From a virus, in IMG/VR virus record IMGVR_UViG_3300033149_002633, positions 1-64,000 of that record: 64,000 bases of DNA, one strand, 5' to 3'. The stretch's first letter is position 1, and each line of letters opens with the position of its first letter. Under the pieces are notes generated by a model. It was not told the origin of the DNA. It searched no databases and saw only the letters and a program-made list of their open reading frames with translations. Both the position numbers and the translations under genes were made by a program. This document shows, in pieces, positions 61,016-64,000 of the stretch.

Positions 61016-62179
61016 TTATCCGACATTCGTTATCACATCAGCTAGTTTTTTAGCAGCTGATTGCCATGACCATTGTTTTATGTCTTCAAGACCTTTGTCA
61101 GCCTTCCTCTTAAGTATATTAGGATTATCTACTACATATCTCATTGTTTCTCTGATTTCTTCAATAGAAGGAATAGCCCATTTTAGACCATGAATAGGAG
61201 CATACCAATTAGCTCCATCAGTCATTCTCATCTCTTTTGGATTTATTAAAAATGAATTCCCATCATTCATATAATCGAGATGACCGCCATATCTTTGTGC
61301 TATCGATGGAACACCACAAGCCATAGACTGAATATAAGGCAATCCCCAACTTTCTCCTTTACTTACCAGTATAAAACAATTAGCAGAATTGTAAAGTTTC
61401 CTCATTCCTTCTTCAGTGAGCATCTGACCATGTACTACAACATTTGGAGGATTAATAACATTCATAGTATAGCTTTTATTCTTGATGGAATTTACAATAT
61501 TAATCATAGTTGGAAAAGTATTATCTCTACCATATGTCTTTATAATTAAAATTACATCATCGTCTCCAGAGAATTCCTTATAATAAGCCTCTAACATCTC
61601 TTCAAATCCTTTTCTTCTTATCCATTGACCAACACATAAGAAGACAAAAGTATCATCACCAAACTTATATAATGGGTCGTTTTTATCTGGAAAATAAATC
61701 TTAGTATCTACACCATGAGGGACAATATGAATTTGTTTATCAATAGGTTCTTTTCCAGACATTACTTTCATAGTTCTATTGTACAAATCCAAAGAGTTGT
61801 GTATAGATTGTTTGCAAAATTCAGTATTAGTAATATATTCATCGTATGGTTCTATATAGTTTAGCCATGATGGTGGTAAGTAATCTAATTCCCATACAAA
61901 TTTTAACAAGTTTCTTTTATGGTCTGGAGCTGGTGCTGAAGCAAACACTGGAGGAGTACCATACCTTAACAATGGAACATCTTTACTATATTCAGCATTT
62001 AGCATATCATTGAAAATCTTTGTCTCTTCTGAAGTAAGCCTAATTTGCATTACATCCATCTTTCTCTCATAAAGACTAACCTTTATTCCTTCATCAACTA
62101 ATCCAAGTAGTAATTTTCTAGCTGCATAAGCATAACCACTTGGAGCAAATACAGTTGTATCTATTCTTACATCTACCAT
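61016..62179 (-). CDS. Glycosyltransferase, GT4 (GT-B fold)
   Basis: SGY, VPHGVD, RKG, GESWGLPYIQSMACGVP. Confidence 0.93.
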   Translation of the reverse strand: MVDVRIDTTVFAPSGYAYAARKLLLGLVDEGIKVSLYERKMDVMQIRLTSEETKIFNDMLNAEYSKDVPLLRYGTPPVFASAPAPDHKRNLLKFVWELDYLPPSWLNYIEPYDEYITNTEFCKQSIHNSLDLYNRTMKVMSGKEPIDKQIHIVPHGVDTKIYFPDKNDPLYKFGDDTFVFLCVGQWIRRKGFEEMLEAYYKEFSGDDDVILIIKTYGRDNTFPTMINIVNSIKNKSYTMNVINPPNVVVHGQMLTEEGMRKLYNSANCFILVSKGESWGLPYIQSMACGVPSIAQRYGGHLDYMNDGNSFLINPKEMRMTDGANWYAPIHGLKWAIPSIEEIRETMRYVVDNPNILKRKADKGLEDIKQWSWQSAAKKLADVITNVG

Positions 62180-62180
62180 T

Positions 62181-63497
62181 TTACATCACCAAATGAACTT
62201 TAGTATTTATTTTATCAAATATAGGTTTCCACATTTTTTCTACTACTTCCCAATCATAGTGTTTAACTGCCCATTCTCTCGCTTTTTCTCCATGTATCTT
62301 AGCTAATTCTGGAGCCATGTAGTATTTTTCCATTGCTTTAGCAAATTCTTTTACATCTACCCATGCTTTCTTAACTCCACACATTTCCATATATAGTCTG
62401 CTTGGTGGGACTAATGTACCTCTTAGGTCTTCTGGTTTGACATATTTCCCATTATCACCAATAGCCATGAATTCAGTAGAAGTAGTGTAATCAGTTAGAA
62501 TGTTAGGAAGACCACAAGCCATAGCTTCAACAATAGGTATTCCAAATCCTTCTCCACCAGTAGGTAATACATGAACATCGAAAGCATTGTACAATAAAGA
62601 CATATCAGCTTCTGGGATACCATTTATATAACTATATGTCTTGTTTTGAGGATTGAATTGTGGAGTTATAATTACATTGTTAGCAATACCTCTAACTTCT
62701 ATTTGTTCAAGGAAGAAATAATCATGATTAGGGTCTCCAATATATAGAGCATCTTTAGGGTCAAGATGTAGATATAAGTAACAATTCTTTCTTCTCTCTT
62801 CATCTTTCTCAAGGAAAATCCTAAATGCCTCAAGCAACCTCATATGGTGTTTTCGTTTGTTTAATCTTGCTACACAACCAAAGATAAAAGCTTCATCTGG
62901 GTCAATAGGTAATCTTATTCCTAACTTTGCAAAAATTTCTCTTCTTGCAACTTTCTTGTTTATTGGAGAAAAGAGTTTTGTATCTACACCATGAGGAACA
63001 TATTCAACACTAATACCTAATTGTTTTCTTGTTAATGCTTGCCCAAAACGTGACATCGCAACTCTTACATCAGCTCTTTTTATGACACTGGCAATTTGTG
63101 TATTAATTGGGTCTCCATCTAATGGGTAATAACAAATCCAGAATGGTCGAGGTTTCATAGCCAATACATCAACCATATGTGCGTCTCCTTGTGTAAATAT
63201 AGCATCTGGTGATATTTTCTTAAAGAAATTATCATAACTATCTTTTCCAAAAGCTGCTCTACCTTCTACTCCATGTATCTTAAAGTCAAATCCTTTAATC
63301 TCTGGATTACCTCTGGTTTGCCAACCAAGATAATGAACATCCCATCCCCATTTAACAGCAAAACTAGCTATCTTACTGCATTGTACAGCAAATCCAGTCG
63401 GATAGTAAGGACTGTCACTTGCAAATCCTATAACTGGTTTTTTTATAACCTTCATTTGTTCTTTTATCTTTACTTCTGGTTTATTATGTCTTGACAT
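62181..63497 (-). CDS. Glycosyltransferase, GT4 (GT-B fold)
   Basis: PTGF, VPHGVD, R..RK, GEGFGIPIVEAMACGLP. Confidence 0.95.
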   Translation of the reverse strand: MSRHNKPEVKIKEQMKVIKKPVIGFASDSPYYPTGFAVQCSKIASFAVKWGWDVHYLGWQTRGNPEIKGFDFKIHGVEGRAAFGKDSYDNFFKKISPDAIFTQGDAHMVDVLAMKPRPFWICYYPLDGDPINTQIASVIKRADVRVAMSRFGQALTRKQLGISVEYVPHGVDTKLFSPINKKVARREIFAKLGIRLPIDPDEAFIFGCVARLNKRKHHMRLLEAFRIFLEKDEERRKNCYLYLHLDPKDALYIGDPNHDYFFLEQIEVRGIANNVIITPQFNPQNKTYSYINGIPEADMSLLYNAFDVHVLPTGGEGFGIPIVEAMACGLPNILTDYTTSTEFMAIGDNGKYVKPEDLRGTLVPPSRLYMEMCGVKKAWVDVKEFAKAMEKYYMAPELAKIHGEKAREWAVKHYDWEVVEKMWKPIFDKINTKVHLVM

Positions 63498-63541
63498 GAA
63501 AACAATTATAACAACAATTTATTTAAAACTTTTGATATTTT

Positions 63542-63994
63542 TTATCCTATCGGTGATGGTTTAGTAGGGTCAGTTTCTCCAGTTTCAGCATAAGGCTTAC
63601 GCATAAGATACAATCGAGTATAAACTTTTTTACCATGTGTCCCAATCATAGTTAGAACATTAATAACATCATGTTCAAACTTAATACCATCAATAGGGTG
63701 AATGATTGTATCTCCTACAGCGATTTTTTCTCCTTCATGTCCATAAGTCCATAGAATGTGATTATAACGCTGGACTGGTCCAGCTTGGGTAATAAAATCA
63801 GCTATTTCATTTCTTCCTTGAGGTTCTATAGGTCTAATATATGCATCAATGATTCTTTCTTCGTAAATCCAACCATTATTACATAGAGGACAAAACCTAT
63901 CTGGTTGTCCAGTTATATCATCCCAACATGTACATTTAGTAGCAGTATATTTAGACCTATGAATGACTTTAACACCATGAATAGTTAAAATCAT
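63542..63994 (-). CDS. Head closure / head-tail joining protein (start may lie beyond window)
   Basis: CTC...CPLC..GW Zn motif, G.V, I..GD.I; neck position. Confidence 0.65.
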   Translation of the reverse strand: MILTIHGVKVIHRSKYTATKCTCWDDITGQPDRFCPLCNNGWIYEERIIDAYIRPIEPQGRNEIADFITQAGPVQRYNHILWTYGHEGEKIAVGDTIIHPIDGIKFEHDVINVLTMIGTHGKKVYTRLYLMRKPYAETGETDPTKPSPIG

Positions 63995-64000
63995 CTGGAA

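Larger units (their letters stand above)
1..64000. mobile_element. Archaeal tailed virus (Caudoviricetes, myovirus morphology), partial genome
   Basis: Terminase large subunit, sheath, tube, baseplate J, tape measure and fibres, plus its own replication genes; archaeal promoter and RBS signals; no cellular housekeeping genes. Confidence 0.95.

Noticed and set aside
40398-63494. Short plus-strand ORFs across the structural module
   Set aside because: Antisense shadows of long minus-strand genes, without RBS or promoter support
39548-64000. Stand-alone extracellular contractile injection system or tailocin
   Set aside because: Terminase, head-closure protein and replication genes show this is a virus
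1-64000. tRNA/rRNA genes, inteins and alternative genetic code
   Set aside because: No cloverleaf or rRNA recognised; PolB and TerL lengths are normal; standard code gives dense coding with all three stops used

Overview
This is a 64-kb, AT-rich segment of a large archaeal tailed virus (Caudoviricetes) with a contractile, myovirus-type tail. The archaeal assignment rests on GGTGA ribosome-binding sites, many BRE+TATA promoters (cGAAAnnTTTAAA), leaderless genes, a PriS/PriL-type primase and a PolB1-like polymerase. By inference the host is an Asgard or TACK archaeon. Layout: (i) 1-14.6 kb, minus-strand cluster of small acidic and Zn-finger 'early' genes with a structured non-coding region at 2.4-3.2 kb; (ii) 14.8-19.3 kb, regulators (HTH, RHH, C2H2, wHTH) and MazG; (iii) 19.5-37.4 kb, replication and recombination (PolB, DNA methylase, primase-helicase, ATPase, Cas4-like nuclease, SF2 helicase); (iv) terminase; (v) 39.5-64 kb, fibre, baseplate, tail and neck genes with two embedded glycosyltransferases. 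Capsid and portal genes are not in the window. The strongest leads are: Ser-Gly enrichment concentrated in virion proteins next to two GT4 enzymes (candidate virion O-glycosylation system); a CheY-like receiver fused to a holin-like membrane domain; a palindromic operator at identical spacing in three promoters, including that of an HTH gene; candidate anti-Shine-Dalgarno small RNAs; and apparent avoidance of GATC and CCTG/CAGG. All family calls come from motif recognition by eye; no searches were run.
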